Of a stretch of 64,000 bases of DNA, positions 40,691 through 51,163 are shown one piece after another (within the stretch, counting starts at the first letter, position 1; each line of letters opens with the position of its first letter). Below the pieces are notes generated by a model. It saw only the letters and a list, made by a program, of their open reading frames with translations. It was not told the DNA's origin and searched no databases. The stretch is from contig CAXWPH010000006.1 in NCBI GenBank assembly GCA_963666055.2, positions 96,001 through 160,000 of the forward strand, given 5' to 3'. The stretch comes from Acidobacteriota bacterium. Its GTDB lineage: Bacteria > Acidobacteriota > UBA890 > WLXD01. A program made the translations under genes and the position numbers.

Positions 40691-42375
40691 ACACTAACGA
40701 TCGACGATTGGCGCATTCACTCCCGCTGGCGGCGACGCTCAGCGCGCTGTTGACGTTGGCGCCGCTCGTTCCGGTGCAGCCTGCGACCGCGCAGCAGAAG
40801 CAAGGGGACGACGCGCGACCCTCTTTCGAGGTCATGTTGGGGGCCAGCGGATGGGCTCCTACGAGCGAGGAGCTCGAGGAGACGCTCGACCGCTGGAAGG
40901 AGCGGTTCGTCAACTACCTCATCACCGATGAGGAACGCCGCATCTTCGAGGCGCTTCCCACCTTGGAGCAGAAACTGGCGTTCACCGAGCGTTTCTGGGA
41001 CGTGCGTGATCCGACGCCCGGCACCCGATTGAACGAATACCGTCAGGAACACTTCGAGCGCTGGGTTATTGCCAACCGACGGTTCAGCGCCGGCAAGCCC
41101 GGCTGGGCAACCGATCGGGGGCGCACGTACATCATCCTCGGACCACCGAACAATCTGCAGCGCAACCCGATGGGACGCGGGGGTTCGGAGCGCGCCTCCG
41201 AAGTGTGGTCGTACAACATGCCCGACAATCCGCTCCTTCCCGGCGTGCTCGACCTCAGCTTCGTCGACTTCCACGGCACCGGCGAGTTCGAGCTCGTCAG
41301 CAACCTCGACGCCGCGGCCCCGATCGTCTCGGCGCAGTTCGGCTATGTCAACAACCCGCTCGATGTGCTCGCCTTGCGGCGCCATGCAGATTCGATCTAC
41401 GACGAGCGGTTCCTGCAATACCGTTTCGCCGATCCCACCGCGGTGGCCCGAGAGTTCCTGGACTTCCAAGGTAACCTGCGGGAGATCTTGCGAATTCCGG
41501 AGATCCACAAGGAGCGGCTCGCCAGGCTACGCCGAGCCACCGTCGAGACGGATGTGGCGTTCGACGCCTCCCCGGTTAATCGCAGCCTGGATTTCTACGA
41601 GGCGGTCGCCGGCAACACCGCCGTTCAGCTAACCCTGGCGTTGGAGTACGACAGGCTGGTGGCCGCTCCGTTCGGGCTCAACCAGCACTTCTCCGCCGAC
41701 ATGTACGTTGCCCTGGAACAGGACGGCCAGATCATCGCCGAGTCGGAGAAACGCCTCAACTTCACCCTCACCAACGAGGAACTGAGTCGACTCGGCGGCA
41801 CCCAGATCCTGCAAAGCTTTCAGCTCATGGTGCCAGCCGGCCAGTACGATCTGGTGGTGCTAGCTCGCGACAACACATCGGACCGGTTGACGCGTCAAAT
41901 CAACGAGATCGACGTGCCCGATCTGTCGGGTGACGGGCTGCGGCTATCGAGCCTGACGCTGGCCAGCCATATCGAACCGGTGCAGCGGAGCACCGACTCC
42001 ACGCCGCTCGATTTTCAGCACGGCGACATGCGCGTCGTGCCGAACGTCAACCGGATCTACTTCCTCGATCAGCAGCTGCTGCTATACGTTCAGGCCTACG
42101 GTCTACAAATCGACGCTACCACGCGTGCCAACCGGATCACGCTGCGCGGCGAGATTCTCCATAACGGCGAACGGATACGCCGCATTCCTGAGCAGCATCC
42201 GTTCCCGGCGCCGATGAACCGTCAGTCGTTCTCGTTCGCGATGCCGCTGACCGGCTACCGTCCGGGCGTCTATGAGGTCGTGGTGGAGATCGTTGACGAG
42301 ATCGCCGAGACAAGCGCGCAGGCGACGACCGACTTTGCCATTCTGGCGACAGCGACGTCGACCGATCGACGCTGA
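40681..42375 (+). CDS. GWxTD-domain protein
   Basis: [20 protein letters not shown]...[17 protein letters not shown]; signal peptide; C-terminal beta-rich domains. Confidence 0.9.
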   Translation: MAMNTNDRRLAHSLPLAATLSALLTLAPLVPVQPATAQQKQGDDARPSFEVMLGASGWAPTSEELEETLDRWKERFVNYLITDEERRIFEALPTLEQKLAFTERFWDVRDPTPGTRLNEYRQEHFERWVIANRRFSAGKPGWATDRGRTYIILGPPNNLQRNPMGRGGSERASEVWSYNMPDNPLLPGVLDLSFVDFHGTGEFELVSNLDAAAPIVSAQFGYVNNPLDVLALRRHADSIYDERFLQYRFADPTAVAREFLDFQGNLREILRIPEIHKERLARLRRATVETDVAFDASPVNRSLDFYEAVAGNTAVQLTLALEYDRLVAAPFGLNQHFSADMYVALEQDGQIIAESEKRLNFTLTNEELSRLGGTQILQSFQLMVPAGQYDLVVLARDNTSDRLTRQINEIDVPDLSGDGLRLSSLTLASHIEPVQRSTDSTPLDFQHGDMRVVPNVNRIYFLDQQLLLYVQAYGLQIDATTRANRITLRGEILHNGERIRRIPEQHPFPAPMNRQSFSFAMPLTGYRPGVYEVVVEIVDEIAETSAQATTDFAILATATSTDRR

Positions 42376-42377
42376 GG

Positions 42378-43493
42378 ATGAGTCGCTCGTTGGGCGCTGA
42401 CCAGCTCGAGGAGCTCATCTGCGATGCCGTACGCCATCTAGTCGACGCCGGGCTGTGGCCAGGCGCCCCGGCCCAAAGCGAGCGTGATCGAGCTTGGCGG
42501 GCCGTCATCACGGCGCGCGAGGTCGAGCAGGCGCCAGACGGAAAGCTGGTGGTTCCCGACGGGGCTCTGATTACACCGGAGGCACGCGATCGCGCCCGCG
42601 AGCGCGGCGTTCGACTGGTCGGGCCGTCAACCACGTCCCACGCCGCGGATCTGTCGGACCCCCAACGTGCTCTCGTGGGCAAGCTCGCCAGCCTACTGGC
42701 TGCCGAGCTCTCTGCACCCCAGATCGAGCAGCTCGCCTACTGGTGCTTGAACGAAGGCTCGTGTACAGACCCGAACGGCGTCGCCCGCATCGTCGACGCC
42801 GGCGCCGATCGGGTGGGCCTATCGGCCTGCGCGCCACCCCTGGACGATGCGATCGTGCCGTTGATCGATCACACGTTGCTGAAGCCGGAGGCGACCGAGG
42901 AGCAGGTACGACAGCTCTGCGCCGAGGCTCTGGAGTACGGCTTCGCCACCGTGTGCATAAACCCGTACTACGTGTCGCTGGTCGCAGATCTGCTCAAGGG
43001 TAGCCGGGTAAAGGCCTGTACGGTGGTCGGATTCCCGCTTGGCGCCGCCAACCCGGAAGTAAAGGCACACGAGGCCAAGCTGGCGGTGGAACAGGGCGCA
43101 CGCGAGATCGACATGGTGATCAACATCGGGGCGCTCAAGTCTGGTCGCGAAGACTGGGTCCGGAACGATATCGAGCGGGTCGTTCGCGCCGCGCATCCGG
43201 AGGCCCTCGTGAAGGTCATTTTGGAGTCGGCGCTATTGTCGGACGACGAGATCGTCCGCGCCTGCCAACTTGCTCGTGCGGCCGGGGCAGACTTCGTCAA
43301 GACCTCGACCGGTTTCGGGCCGGGCGGAGCGACGGCGGAAGACGTTGCATTGATGCGAGCCACGGTCGGCCGAGGCATGGGAGTAAAGGCGTCCGGCGGG
43401 ATCAGCACGCGGGCCGATGCGGCTGCCATGATCGCCGCGGGTGCTACGCGCATCGGTGCCAGCGCCGGGGTCCGAATCGCGGCTGGAGAGTAG
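42378..43493 (+). CDS. deoC: Deoxyribose-phosphate aldolase with ~155-aa N-terminal extension
   Basis: [41 protein letters not shown]. Confidence 0.93.
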   Translation: MSRSLGADQLEELICDAVRHLVDAGLWPGAPAQSERDRAWRAVITAREVEQAPDGKLVVPDGALITPEARDRARERGVRLVGPSTTSHAADLSDPQRALVGKLASLLAAELSAPQIEQLAYWCLNEGSCTDPNGVARIVDAGADRVGLSACAPPLDDAIVPLIDHTLLKPEATEEQVRQLCAEALEYGFATVCINPYYVSLVADLLKGSRVKACTVVGFPLGAANPEVKAHEAKLAVEQGAREIDMVINIGALKSGREDWVRNDIERVVRAAHPEALVKVILESALLSDDEIVRACQLARAAGADFVKTSTGFGPGGATAEDVALMRATVGRGMGVKASGGISTRADAAAMIAAGATRIGASAGVRIAAGE

Positions 43494-43600
43494 GCCGACG
43501 GGGGGCGACGGGGGCCTGACGTGTCGCGAGCTTGCACGGGTCGAGAGAGCGCACGATGATTGCTCCAGCAGAGCAAGAGAACATCGACAAGGAGCACCCG

Positions 43601-43939
43601 ATGAGTGGCGAGATCGACTGTCAGGCCTGTGAGCCACGAGCCAAGCGCGATGGGACCGAAGTTCCGGACCCGCCTACCGGGGGACCGATCACTGGCCGCG
43701 TTCCGTTTCGCGGCGATCTTCGGCAGCAGGTGCAGGAGAATGTGTGTGCGGTGTGCTGGGCGGCTTGGCTGGAGATGCAGATCAAGGTGATCAATGAGCT
43801 CGCTCTGAACCTGGGTGACGCACGCAGCCATGACCTCATCGAGGCGCACGCGAGCGACTTCCTCGGGTTGTCTGACGGGTCTGCGACAAGTGCGGACTTC
43901 TCGAAGATCGGCAAGGAACCTCTCGACAACGCGCCCTGA
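43601..43939 (+). CDS. YggX-like Fe(II)-trafficking / oxidative damage protection protein
   Basis: PFRGDL...VCAVCWAAWLEMQIKVINELALNL. Confidence 0.75.
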   Translation: MSGEIDCQACEPRAKRDGTEVPDPPTGGPITGRVPFRGDLRQQVQENVCAVCWAAWLEMQIKVINELALNLGDARSHDLIEAHASDFLGLSDGSATSADFSKIGKEPLDNAP

Positions 43940-43998
43940 GAACCGTTAGCAGGCCTCCTCACAGAGCGTGCTCCGTAGCCTTTCAGCCGCGCCGACGG

Positions 43999-44601
43999 TC
44001 AGCCCGTTCCGGTGAGTCGCCGATGGTCCTCCGGAGTGTCGGCGTCGCGAACTACCCACGGGTCGTCGACGTCGACCTCGAGCAGATCGACGCGATGGGC
44101 GTCGACCACGGCTCGAGCACCATCATCAGCGGGCGCCTGCAAGAGCTCTTCGAACAGCGCGCGCGCGAAGAGGACGGGGTGCCCATGTTCGCCCGCGTAG
44201 GTCGGCACCGTTAGCAGCGGCCGCGTTCGCGCGAACTGCTCGACAAGCCGCTCGACGGTGGCAACGCGGAATCGCGGCACGTCCACCAGGACCAGCAGCA
44301 TCGCGTCGACCTGTCCGCGGTCGAGCAGCGAACGAACGCCAAGCTGGACACTGCTCAGCATCCCCTGTGCCCAATCCTCGTTGACCAACACGCGCGAGCC
44401 TTCCAGATCGACGGCGTCCAGAATATCCGCCGCCGCGTGCCCGACCACGACTATCGGCGCTGTGACCGGTGCGCCAGCCAGCGTTTGCAGGATCGTACCC
44501 AGATAGGTGTCCTCACCGAGTGGCAGCAGTGGCTTCGGGCTGCCCATTCGCGAGGACGCTCCGGCGGCCAGGACTAATGGGGCGACTACCGGCAGGCTCA
44601 T
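43999..44601 (-). CDS. MocA-like molybdenum cofactor nucleotidyltransferase
   Basis: LAAGASSRMG, GMLSS, DVP, GHPVLF, DADTPED; coupled to xdhC. Confidence 0.85.
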   Translation of the reverse strand: MSLPVVAPLVLAAGASSRMGSPKPLLPLGEDTYLGTILQTLAGAPVTAPIVVVGHAAADILDAVDLEGSRVLVNEDWAQGMLSSVQLGVRSLLDRGQVDAMLLVLVDVPRFRVATVERLVEQFARTRPLLTVPTYAGEHGHPVLFARALFEELLQAPADDGARAVVDAHRVDLLEVDVDDPWVVRDADTPEDHRRLTGTG

Positions 44602-45713
44602 GCACCCGCGGCACGGCGGCGCGACGACTTGCCCGATCGCGACGTTGCCGTAGCAGCGGCACCGCGGCGTACGGCAATCATCTCGGCGACCACCGCAACG
44701 GCGATCTCCTCCGGCGTGTCGGCCCCGATCGCCAGGCCCATCGGCGACCGCAGGCGACCGAGCTCTTCCTCCGTCACACCCTCGCTGCGGAGCGTCTTGG
44801 CAAACAAGTGCCGCTTGCGCTCGCTGCCGATCATGCCGAGATAGGCACTCGCGCCCCGCACGACCTGCCGAAGAATCGTCAGGTCGTGCTCGTGCCCTCG
44901 GGTGACGATCACCAGGTAAGCGCCGGGCTCAACCGGCGGCAGGGCGGCGTAGTCGACGTGGTGCAGGCCGGCCGCCCAAGTCATCGGCCTGCCCTCCAGG
45001 AAAGCCGGACGGTCCTCCAGCACATGCACACAAAACCCGGCACTGGTGGCAAGCTCCCCGATGGCTCGACCACAATGGCCCGCGCCGAACACCACCACCC
45101 TAGGTGCCTGCTGCAACGGCTCGACGAAATACGCTGGTGCGTCGTCCGTGGCATCGGCGGAGACCAGCTCGGCCAGGCCTTCGGCCGCAAGCGCCTTGGC
45201 CAACTCGGGCAGCGACGTCGGCAGCAACGCATCGGCGGTAACCGAGCCGTCGGCGCGAACCACCGCATGCATCGCCAGGTTCGGCTTGGGGCGCGACGTC
45301 GGCGAACCGTTTTCGCCTGGCACCCAGCTCAGGAAAGCGGCTGTTTCGCCGCGTTCAAGCGCTTCTTGCGCCTGCCGGATGATGCCGCGGGTGGAATCTG
45401 TCGGCAGCAAGGGTCGGGTGAGAATGGTAACGGAACCGCCACACACGTGGCCCTGGAGGCCGTCCTCGACCTCGGTCAGATCGAAGCTCTCCAACGACAC
45501 ACCGCCCTCACGCAGGAGGGTCCGGGCGGTGGCGTAAACCTCAGCTTCCAGGCACCCTCCGCCAACCGTACCCTCCGCGGTGCCATCCGCGCGCACCAGC
45601 ATCTTGGCAGTGGTGCTCATCGGCAACGATCCGCGGCGTCTGACCACAGTGGCCAGCGCCACCGGCTCGCCGGCATCGAGCGCCGCGGCGATGCGCGGCA
45701 GCAGCTCATGCAT
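44598..45713 (-). CDS. XdhC/CoxI family molybdenum hydroxylase maturation factor
   Basis: GTVGGGCLE, CGG, FGAGH, VTRGHEHD, YLGMIGS, PMGLAIGADTPEEIA; ATG overlaps the ccdA stop. Confidence 0.9.
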   Translation of the reverse strand: MHELLPRIAAALDAGEPVALATVVRRRGSLPMSTTAKMLVRADGTAEGTVGGGCLEAEVYATARTLLREGGVSLESFDLTEVEDGLQGHVCGGSVTILTRPLLPTDSTRGIIRQAQEALERGETAAFLSWVPGENGSPTSRPKPNLAMHAVVRADGSVTADALLPTSLPELAKALAAEGLAELVSADATDDAPAYFVEPLQQAPRVVVFGAGHCGRAIGELATSAGFCVHVLEDRPAFLEGRPMTWAAGLHHVDYAALPPVEPGAYLVIVTRGHEHDLTILRQVVRGASAYLGMIGSERKRHLFAKTLRSEGVTEEELGRLRSPMGLAIGADTPEEIAVAVVAEMIAVRRGAAATATSRSGKSSRRRAAGA

Positions 45714-46441
45714 CAGATCGCGAAGCGATTGAGGAACGACAACCAGCGCTGGAACAGGAAGAAGTTGTTCGTGAAGATCATCACGCCAACAGCAATCAGC
45801 AGCACCCCACCGACCATTTCGACGATCCAGAGCGACTCCCTGAACCGTTCGAACGCTCCCATGAAGCGCTGCGTCGCCCAGCCGGTCAGCAAGAACGGGA
45901 TCCCCAGCCCGGCGGAGTAGATCGCCAGCAGCGCCACGCCGTACCAGAGGCTGGTCTTGGTGGCGGCAAGCGCCAGGATGCCGGCGAGAATCGGACCGAT
46001 GCACGGGGTCCAGCCGGCAGCAAACGCCAGGCCCAGGAGCAAGGCGCCCACCGGTCCTCGCGGCTTGCTCGGCCCGTGAAACCGTTTTTCACGGTACAAC
46101 CATCCGATCTTCAGCAGCCCGACCATGTGGAGTCCGAACAGCACGACGATCACTCCGGCGACGCGTTGCAACCACAGAAGGTTGCCCAGCAGAAGTCCAC
46201 CGATGGCGCTCGCCGAGGCCCCCAGCGCAACAAACACGATGGTGAAGCCGGTGACGAAGAACAACGTGTTCACCATCACCGCTTGGCTGGCAGCAATTTG
46301 GCGGTCTTTGGCTCGCATCTCCTCCAGAGAAACGCCCGATATGAACGACAGATAGCCCGGCACAAGGGGCAGGACACAGGGCGATAAGAAGGAGACGACG
46401 CCGGCCGCAAACGCCGCCAAGAAAGAGACTTGGTCGGTCAT
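45713..46441 (-). CDS. ccdA: Cytochrome c biogenesis protein CcdA (DsbD transmembrane domain)
   Basis: SFLSPCVLPLVPGY and GWTPCIGPIL; about 6 TM segments. Confidence 0.92.
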   Translation of the reverse strand: MTDQVSFLAAFAAGVVSFLSPCVLPLVPGYLSFISGVSLEEMRAKDRQIAASQAVMVNTLFFVTGFTIVFVALGASASAIGGLLLGNLLWLQRVAGVIVVLFGLHMVGLLKIGWLYREKRFHGPSKPRGPVGALLLGLAFAAGWTPCIGPILAGILALAATKTSLWYGVALLAIYSAGLGIPFLLTGWATQRFMGAFERFRESLWIVEMVGGVLLIAVGVMIFTNNFFLFQRWLSFLNRFAI

Positions 46442-46552
46442 CGTGGTGGAATTCTAGCATGCAGTCGGGCGCTTGACCGCTTGCCGAGAGCGCCCTTACC
46501 ATGGCGCCTGTGATAGGGCTCATGCCTTTTTCATCTGGGAATAGGTTTGACT

Positions 46553-46954
46553 ATGCAGGGCCATCGGCAGACCTCGGGCGGCGGCGTGTTGAGCCAGCTA
46601 ACCCTGCCGGAGCTCATCGACCTGTGGGTCGAAGACGAGATCGAGAAGCGGCTCAAACAGGTCGAGTTCTTCTACGAGGATATCGTTGCCGGCGCCCGGC
46701 ACCTCGAGCACCTTCAGGTCATGCCGATGCGAGGTGGCTTTCGAGACAAGCCTCGGAGCATCGAGGTTCTGGTCGAGATTCGAGACAACGAGCGACGTTA
46801 TAGTCGAATCGGCGCTGGCGTGGCGCGCAAGCGCGCCCGCGACGATCCCGAGGCGTTCCAGCGCGCTTACGACAAGGCCATGGCGCACGCCATCGTCCAG
46901 CTGCTCCCCGCCGACGTATGGCGCCGGTGGATCGGCGCATCGGCCTACTACTAG
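46553..46954 (+). CDS. Hypothetical protein
   Basis: Fills the gap between ccdA and tRNA-Leu; charged, protein-like composition; no recognised motif. Confidence 0.6.
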   Translation: MQGHRQTSGGGVLSQLTLPELIDLWVEDEIEKRLKQVEFFYEDIVAGARHLEHLQVMPMRGGFRDKPRSIEVLVEIRDNERRYSRIGAGVARKRARDDPEAFQRAYDKAMAHAIVQLLPADVWRRWIGASAYY

Positions 46955-46987
46955 AGCACAACCCCACCCCAAGGACGGGGTCGTGAG

Positions 46988-47072
46988 TGCCGAGGGGGGG
47001 ACTCGAACCCCCACGGGCTTTCGCCCACATGGCCCTCAACCATGCGCGTCTGCCAGATTCCGCCACCTCGGC
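46988..47072 (-). tRNA. tRNA-Leu (anticodon GAG), long variable arm, CCA not encoded
   Basis: Reverse complement GCCGAGGTGGCGGAATCTGGCAGACGCGCATGGTTGAGGGCCATGTGGGCGAAAGCCCGTGGGGGTTCGAGTCCCCCC...CTCGGCA folds as a cloverleaf. Confidence 0.95.
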
Positions 47073-47143
47073 CGCAGAACGTCCAACGTTAGATCACGGC
47101 CGCGGCGATGCATAGCCAGCAGGCGGTGCCCGCTCGGCGCCTG

Positions 47144-47566
47144 TTATTGCTCGCCCGCGTCGCCTTGTTCGGGCCCCGACTCATCACCGGTGCCCTCGGT
47201 GGCTGCTTCGGTTTGGGCGCCGGCCTCGCTGCCCTGCTCGGGACTGTCACCGGTCTCGGTCTGCCCGGCGGAATCACCCGACGGCTGCACTGGAGCCGTC
47301 GCCGCCGGGTTGTCCAAACCCTCAATAAGTGAGACCGAGCGCTTCCCGGTCATGCCCAATACCAGAGACGTGAGCATGAAGACAACCGCTGCCGTTGTCG
47401 TCGCCTTCTGGAGCAGGGTCGTCGAGCCGCGCATTCCGAGCGCCGTCTGACTGCCGCCGCCACCGAACGCACCAGCAAGATCAGCTGCCTGCGCAGATTG
47501 CAGCAACACGACGAAGATCAGGAACACGCAGGCCACCACGTGAATGGTAACGAGAATGGTTGTCAT
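47144..47566 (-). CDS. secG: Preprotein translocase subunit SecG with acidic tail
   Basis: LIFVVLLQ...LAGAFGGGGSQTALG...LQKAT; lies between tpiA and tRNA-Leu. Confidence 0.92.
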   Translation of the reverse strand: MTTILVTIHVVACVFLIFVVLLQSAQAADLAGAFGGGGSQTALGMRGSTTLLQKATTTAAVVFMLTSLVLGMTGKRSVSLIEGLDNPAATAPVQPSGDSAGQTETGDSPEQGSEAGAQTEAATEGTGDESGPEQGDAGEQ

Positions 47567-47776
47567 TCCGACAATCCTGGAGCGGATCTTGGGTAGAGAT
47601 GGGCGGTACCTGCCCTCGCCGGCAAACGACGCAAGGCACGGAAAACTGCCTGTCTCATGGCTTGAAGCGCAGCCGCGCGCGGTGGCCACACGAGAAACCA
47701 ACTGTAGCATCGGGGAGCGAAGCCGGCCAGCAAGGCTCGGGCAGTGCCACTAGCAAACCGTGGTGGAAGTGGTGGC

Positions 47777-48541
47777 CTACTGGCAGACCGCCTGTGCGAT
47801 CCCGGCGAACGACGCGGCATCGAGGCTAGCGCCCCCAACGAGGGCACCGTCGATATCCGGCTGTGACAGCAGTTCGACGGCGTTACCCGCCTTTACGCTG
47901 CCACCGTACAGGATGCGGACAGTTTCGGCCACGTCGGTGCCAAACAGCTTGCGCAGCAAGCCACGAATGGCCGCGTGCACCGCCTGTGCCTGCTCGGGTG
48001 TCGCGGTCAGCCCAGTGCCAATGGCCCAGACCGGCTCGTAGGCGATCACCAGCTGAGCAGCCTGCTGGGCGGGCAGCCCCTCGAGAGCAGTGCGCAGTTG
48101 AGAGTTCACCACCAGCTCTGTCTCCCCTGATTCACGCTGCTGTTGGGTCTCGCCGCAACATAAGTAGGGAGTCAGGTCATGCGCCAGCGCGGCTCGCAGT
48201 TTGCGTGATACGCACTGATCGGTCTCGCCGAACAACGCCCGACGCTCGGAGTGTCCCAGGATCACGAAGCTGGCTCCGAGATCGGTGAGCATGATCGGCG
48301 AGATCTCACCGGTGTAGGCTCCCTCCTCGGCATGGTGCATGTTCTGTCCACCGAAGCCGATTCGGCTCCCGGTGAGCGACTCGGCAGCTGCCGCTAGCGC
48401 AGTGAAAGGCGGCGCCACGGTGACTTCGACTCCGGCCAGGCCGTCGACGCTCTTACGCAGCTCCGTCAGCAGCGTTCGTGTGGCGGCGAGCGTCTTGTGC
48501 ATCTTCCAATTGCCGGTAATCAACGGGGTTCGGGAGCTCAT
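47777..48541 (-). CDS. tpiA: Triosephosphate isomerase
   Basis: GNWKM, GHSERR, AYEPVWAIGTG, YGGSV, LVGGASL. Confidence 0.97.
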   Translation of the reverse strand: MSSRTPLITGNWKMHKTLAATRTLLTELRKSVDGLAGVEVTVAPPFTALAAAAESLTGSRIGFGGQNMHHAEEGAYTGEISPIMLTDLGASFVILGHSERRALFGETDQCVSRKLRAALAHDLTPYLCCGETQQQRESGETELVVNSQLRTALEGLPAQQAAQLVIAYEPVWAIGTGLTATPEQAQAVHAAIRGLLRKLFGTDVAETVRILYGGSVKAGNAVELLSQPDIDGALVGGASLDAASFAGIAQAVCQ

Positions 48542-49833
48542 CCGACATCGCCTCCGTACAATTCGCGGTCCGTCAGGGCCGAGACACCCGGAAGAATGCG
48601 CCCCGCAAGGAGATCCAACGAGGCGCCACCACCGGTCGACACATGCGAGACGCGGCTCGAGATCGAGAATTTTTCCGCCGCCGCAGCGGTATCACCACCG
48701 CCGATCACGGTGAAGGCGGGGGGGGAGAGCGCGGCGATGCTCTCGGCCATCGAGCGCGTCCCTGCTGCGAACTCTGGCGTCTCGAATACTCCCATGGGGC
48801 CGTTCCAGACCACCGTGCGCGCACCAGCCAGCGCGGCGGCAAACCGCCCCCGGGTCTCGGGCCCCAGGTCGAGCGCCATCTCATCGGCCGGGATCTCGAT
48901 GACCACGTGCGCTCGATCGGGTCGGTCGATTGCCGGAGCCGCCACCAGATCGTCCGGCAGCACCACCTCCACGTCGGCCGCCGCGGCCGCCGCAAGCAGC
49001 TCGGCAGCTTGCGAGATGGCGTCCTGTGGGGCCAACGACCGGCCGATCTCCCTGCCCTGAGCTGCCAGGAAGGCGTTGGCCATGGCACCACCGATCAACA
49101 TGCGATCAATGAGCGGCAGCAGGTTGCCAATGACCGCTACCTTGTCGCTTACCTTCGCCCCCCCGAGGACCAGGGCGAACGGGGCCTCCGGCTGCACCAG
49201 CACTCGGCTCAGCATGCTCACCTCGCGTTGCAGCAGATCTCCCGCAGCCGCCCTGGGTGCCACCAATGGGACGCTCGCGATGGAGGCGTGATCACGGTGC
49301 GAGGCACCGAAGGCATCGTTGACGTAGGCGTCGGCGAGATCAGCCAGAGCAGCCGCAAAGGTCGCGTCGTTCGCCCTCTCGCCGGCGTGGAAGCGGAGGT
49401 TTTCCAGCATCAGAACTCCGCCCGGCTTCAGGTCGTCCACCGCCGCCTGCACAGAGGGGCCAACACAATCGGAGACGAACTCGACGTGCGTACCAAGCCG
49501 CTCGGCCAGCACGCCGGCAATCGGATACAACGACAGCTCGGCGATTCGCTGTCCTTTGGGGCGACCGAGGTGCGACATGACGACGACACGCGCCCCGGCG
49601 CGCTGTAGATAGCGCAGCGTCGGCACGGTTCCGATGATGCGGGTGTCGTCGGTGACGACCCCGCCCGCCACCGGCACGTTGAAATCGGCGCGCACCAACA
49701 CCGCGCGACCATCGTGATCCAGGTCCTGGAGGCGTAGCTTGGTGCGCAGCACCGCCGCGGTCGGCGCCGCACGCCCCTCGGCACCGCTCCGTCTGCCGTG
49801 ACGCTCTCTTGCGCCGTCGCCCGCCGACACCAC
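48538..49833 (-). CDS. pgk: Phosphoglycerate kinase (true start may be GTG at 49752)
   Basis: DFNVP, SHLGRP, ENLRF, NDAFG, GGAKVSDK, WNGPMGVFE, STGGGASL. Confidence 0.95.
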   Translation of the reverse strand: MVSAGDGARERHGRRSGAEGRAAPTAAVLRTKLRLQDLDHDGRAVLVRADFNVPVAGGVVTDDTRIIGTVPTLRYLQRAGARVVVMSHLGRPKGQRIAELSLYPIAGVLAERLGTHVEFVSDCVGPSVQAAVDDLKPGGVLMLENLRFHAGERANDATFAAALADLADAYVNDAFGASHRDHASIASVPLVAPRAAAGDLLQREVSMLSRVLVQPEAPFALVLGGAKVSDKVAVIGNLLPLIDRMLIGGAMANAFLAAQGREIGRSLAPQDAISQAAELLAAAAAADVEVVLPDDLVAAPAIDRPDRAHVVIEIPADEMALDLGPETRGRFAAALAGARTVVWNGPMGVFETPEFAAGTRSMAESIAALSPPAFTVIGGGDTAAAAEKFSISSRVSHVSTGGGASLDLLAGRILPGVSALTDRELYGGDVG

Positions 49834-49839
49834 CGTCTA

Positions 49840-49877
49840 CTAGTGGCCTGTAACGATCATCTGGAACAGGCCACTAG
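49840..49877. repeat. 38-bp CTAG-bounded palindromic element, copy 1
   Basis: ctagtggcctgtaacgatcatctggaacaggccactag; 3 mismatches to the reverse complement of 57542-57579; supplies the gap stop. Confidence 0.85.
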
Positions 49878-50884
49878 AGCCGCGCCCCAACGAACTCGGC
49901 CAGATCCTTCACTCGTGTCGAGTAGCCGGTCTCGTTGTCGTACCAGGAAACTACCTGCACCAAGTTATTCTCGATCACACGCGTGAAGGGTGCATCAACC
50001 GTCGACGACATCGTGTTGCCGACGTAATCGATCGACACTAGCGGCTCGTCGGTCACCGCCAGGATGCCGGCCATGGGTCCTTCCGCCGCAGCTCGCAGGA
50101 AACTGTTGACCTCCTCAATGCTGGTGTCGCGGTCAACATGCGCGACCAGGTCGATCATCGATACGTTTGGCGTGGGAACGCGAATCGCGAAACCATCGAG
50201 CTTCCCCGCCAGCGCCGGCAACACCAAGCCCACGGCCTTGGCGGCTCCGGTGGTTGTCGGGATCATCGACACTGCGGCCGCACGCGCCCGACGTAGGTCC
50301 TTGTGTGGGAGGTCGAGAATACGTTGCCCGTTGGTATAAGCGTGCACCGTCGTCATCCAACCCTTCTTTATGTTCAACGATTCGTGTAGCACCTTCGCTA
50401 CCGGCGCCAAGCAGTTCGTGGTGCACGAGGCGTTCGAGATGATGTGGTGCTCTCCCGGATCGTACTCGTCCTGGTTAACGCCCAGGCAGACGGTGAAATC
50501 GGGATCGCCGGCGGCCGGCGCCGAGATAATCACCTTCTTGGCTCCGGCTTCCAAGTGCTTGCCGGCGAGCTCGCGACTGCGGAAGAATCCCGTCGACTCC
50601 ACCACCACGTCGACGCCGATATCCTCCCAAGGAAGGGCCGCCGGGTCGCGCTCCGAGAGTACTTGAACAGCGTCGCCGTCGATCCGCAGGGCACCCGCCT
50701 CGGCCTCGACGGTGCCGTCATACCGACCGTGCACAGAATCGTATTGCAGCAGGTGTGCCAGCGTTTCGGCGTCGGTCAAATCGTTGATCGCGACGAAATC
50801 GATGTCGGACTGATCGCGCTTGGCGGCGCGCAGGACATTGCGGCCGATACGTCCGAAACCATTAATCGCAACGCGGACGGGCAT
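49874..50884 (-). CDS. gap: Glyceraldehyde-3-phosphate dehydrogenase type I
   Basis: [24 protein letters not shown]. Confidence 0.97.
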   Translation of the reverse strand: MPVRVAINGFGRIGRNVLRAAKRDQSDIDFVAINDLTDAETLAHLLQYDSVHGRYDGTVEAEAGALRIDGDAVQVLSERDPAALPWEDIGVDVVVESTGFFRSRELAGKHLEAGAKKVIISAPAAGDPDFTVCLGVNQDEYDPGEHHIISNASCTTNCLAPVAKVLHESLNIKKGWMTTVHAYTNGQRILDLPHKDLRRARAAAVSMIPTTTGAAKAVGLVLPALAGKLDGFAIRVPTPNVSMIDLVAHVDRDTSIEEVNSFLRAAAEGPMAGILAVTDEPLVSIDYVGNTMSSTVDAPFTRVIENNLVQVVSWYDNETGYSTRVKDLAEFVGARL

Positions 50885-51135
50885 GGAGTGCCTCCTTGGG
50901 AGATCGGCAAAGCGAAGAAGTAGCGCGGGTGCCCAGGCGGATTATCGGAGCGACTCGCTGGCCTGTCAAACTCCATTATCCGGGGGTCGAACACGCTGTG
51001 GGTTGCGGCCCCCTACCCTCTCCCAGTTCGGCCGATACTCGATCACCGTAGGATATCACAACTTTTAATTAATCATTATTGAATAGTATTGGATATTAAA
51101 AGACAGGAAGTAATCACTCAAGCGAATTTTTGCCC

Positions 51136-51163
51136 TTGACTGGCCTCTGCCGTCCTCTAAACT
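51136..51163 (+). promoter_or_regulatory. Sigma-70-type promoter downstream of an AT-rich tract
   Basis: TTGACT-16 bp-TAAACT; AT-rich stretch at about 51055-51130. Confidence 0.5.

Noticed and set aside
46988-47072. Prophage or genomic island integrated at tRNA-Leu
   Set aside because: No integrase, phage genes or duplicated tRNA 3' end seen in the window
51050-51130. AT-rich tract as an oriC unwinding element
   Set aside because: No DnaA-box cluster nearby and no dnaA/dnaN/gidA context
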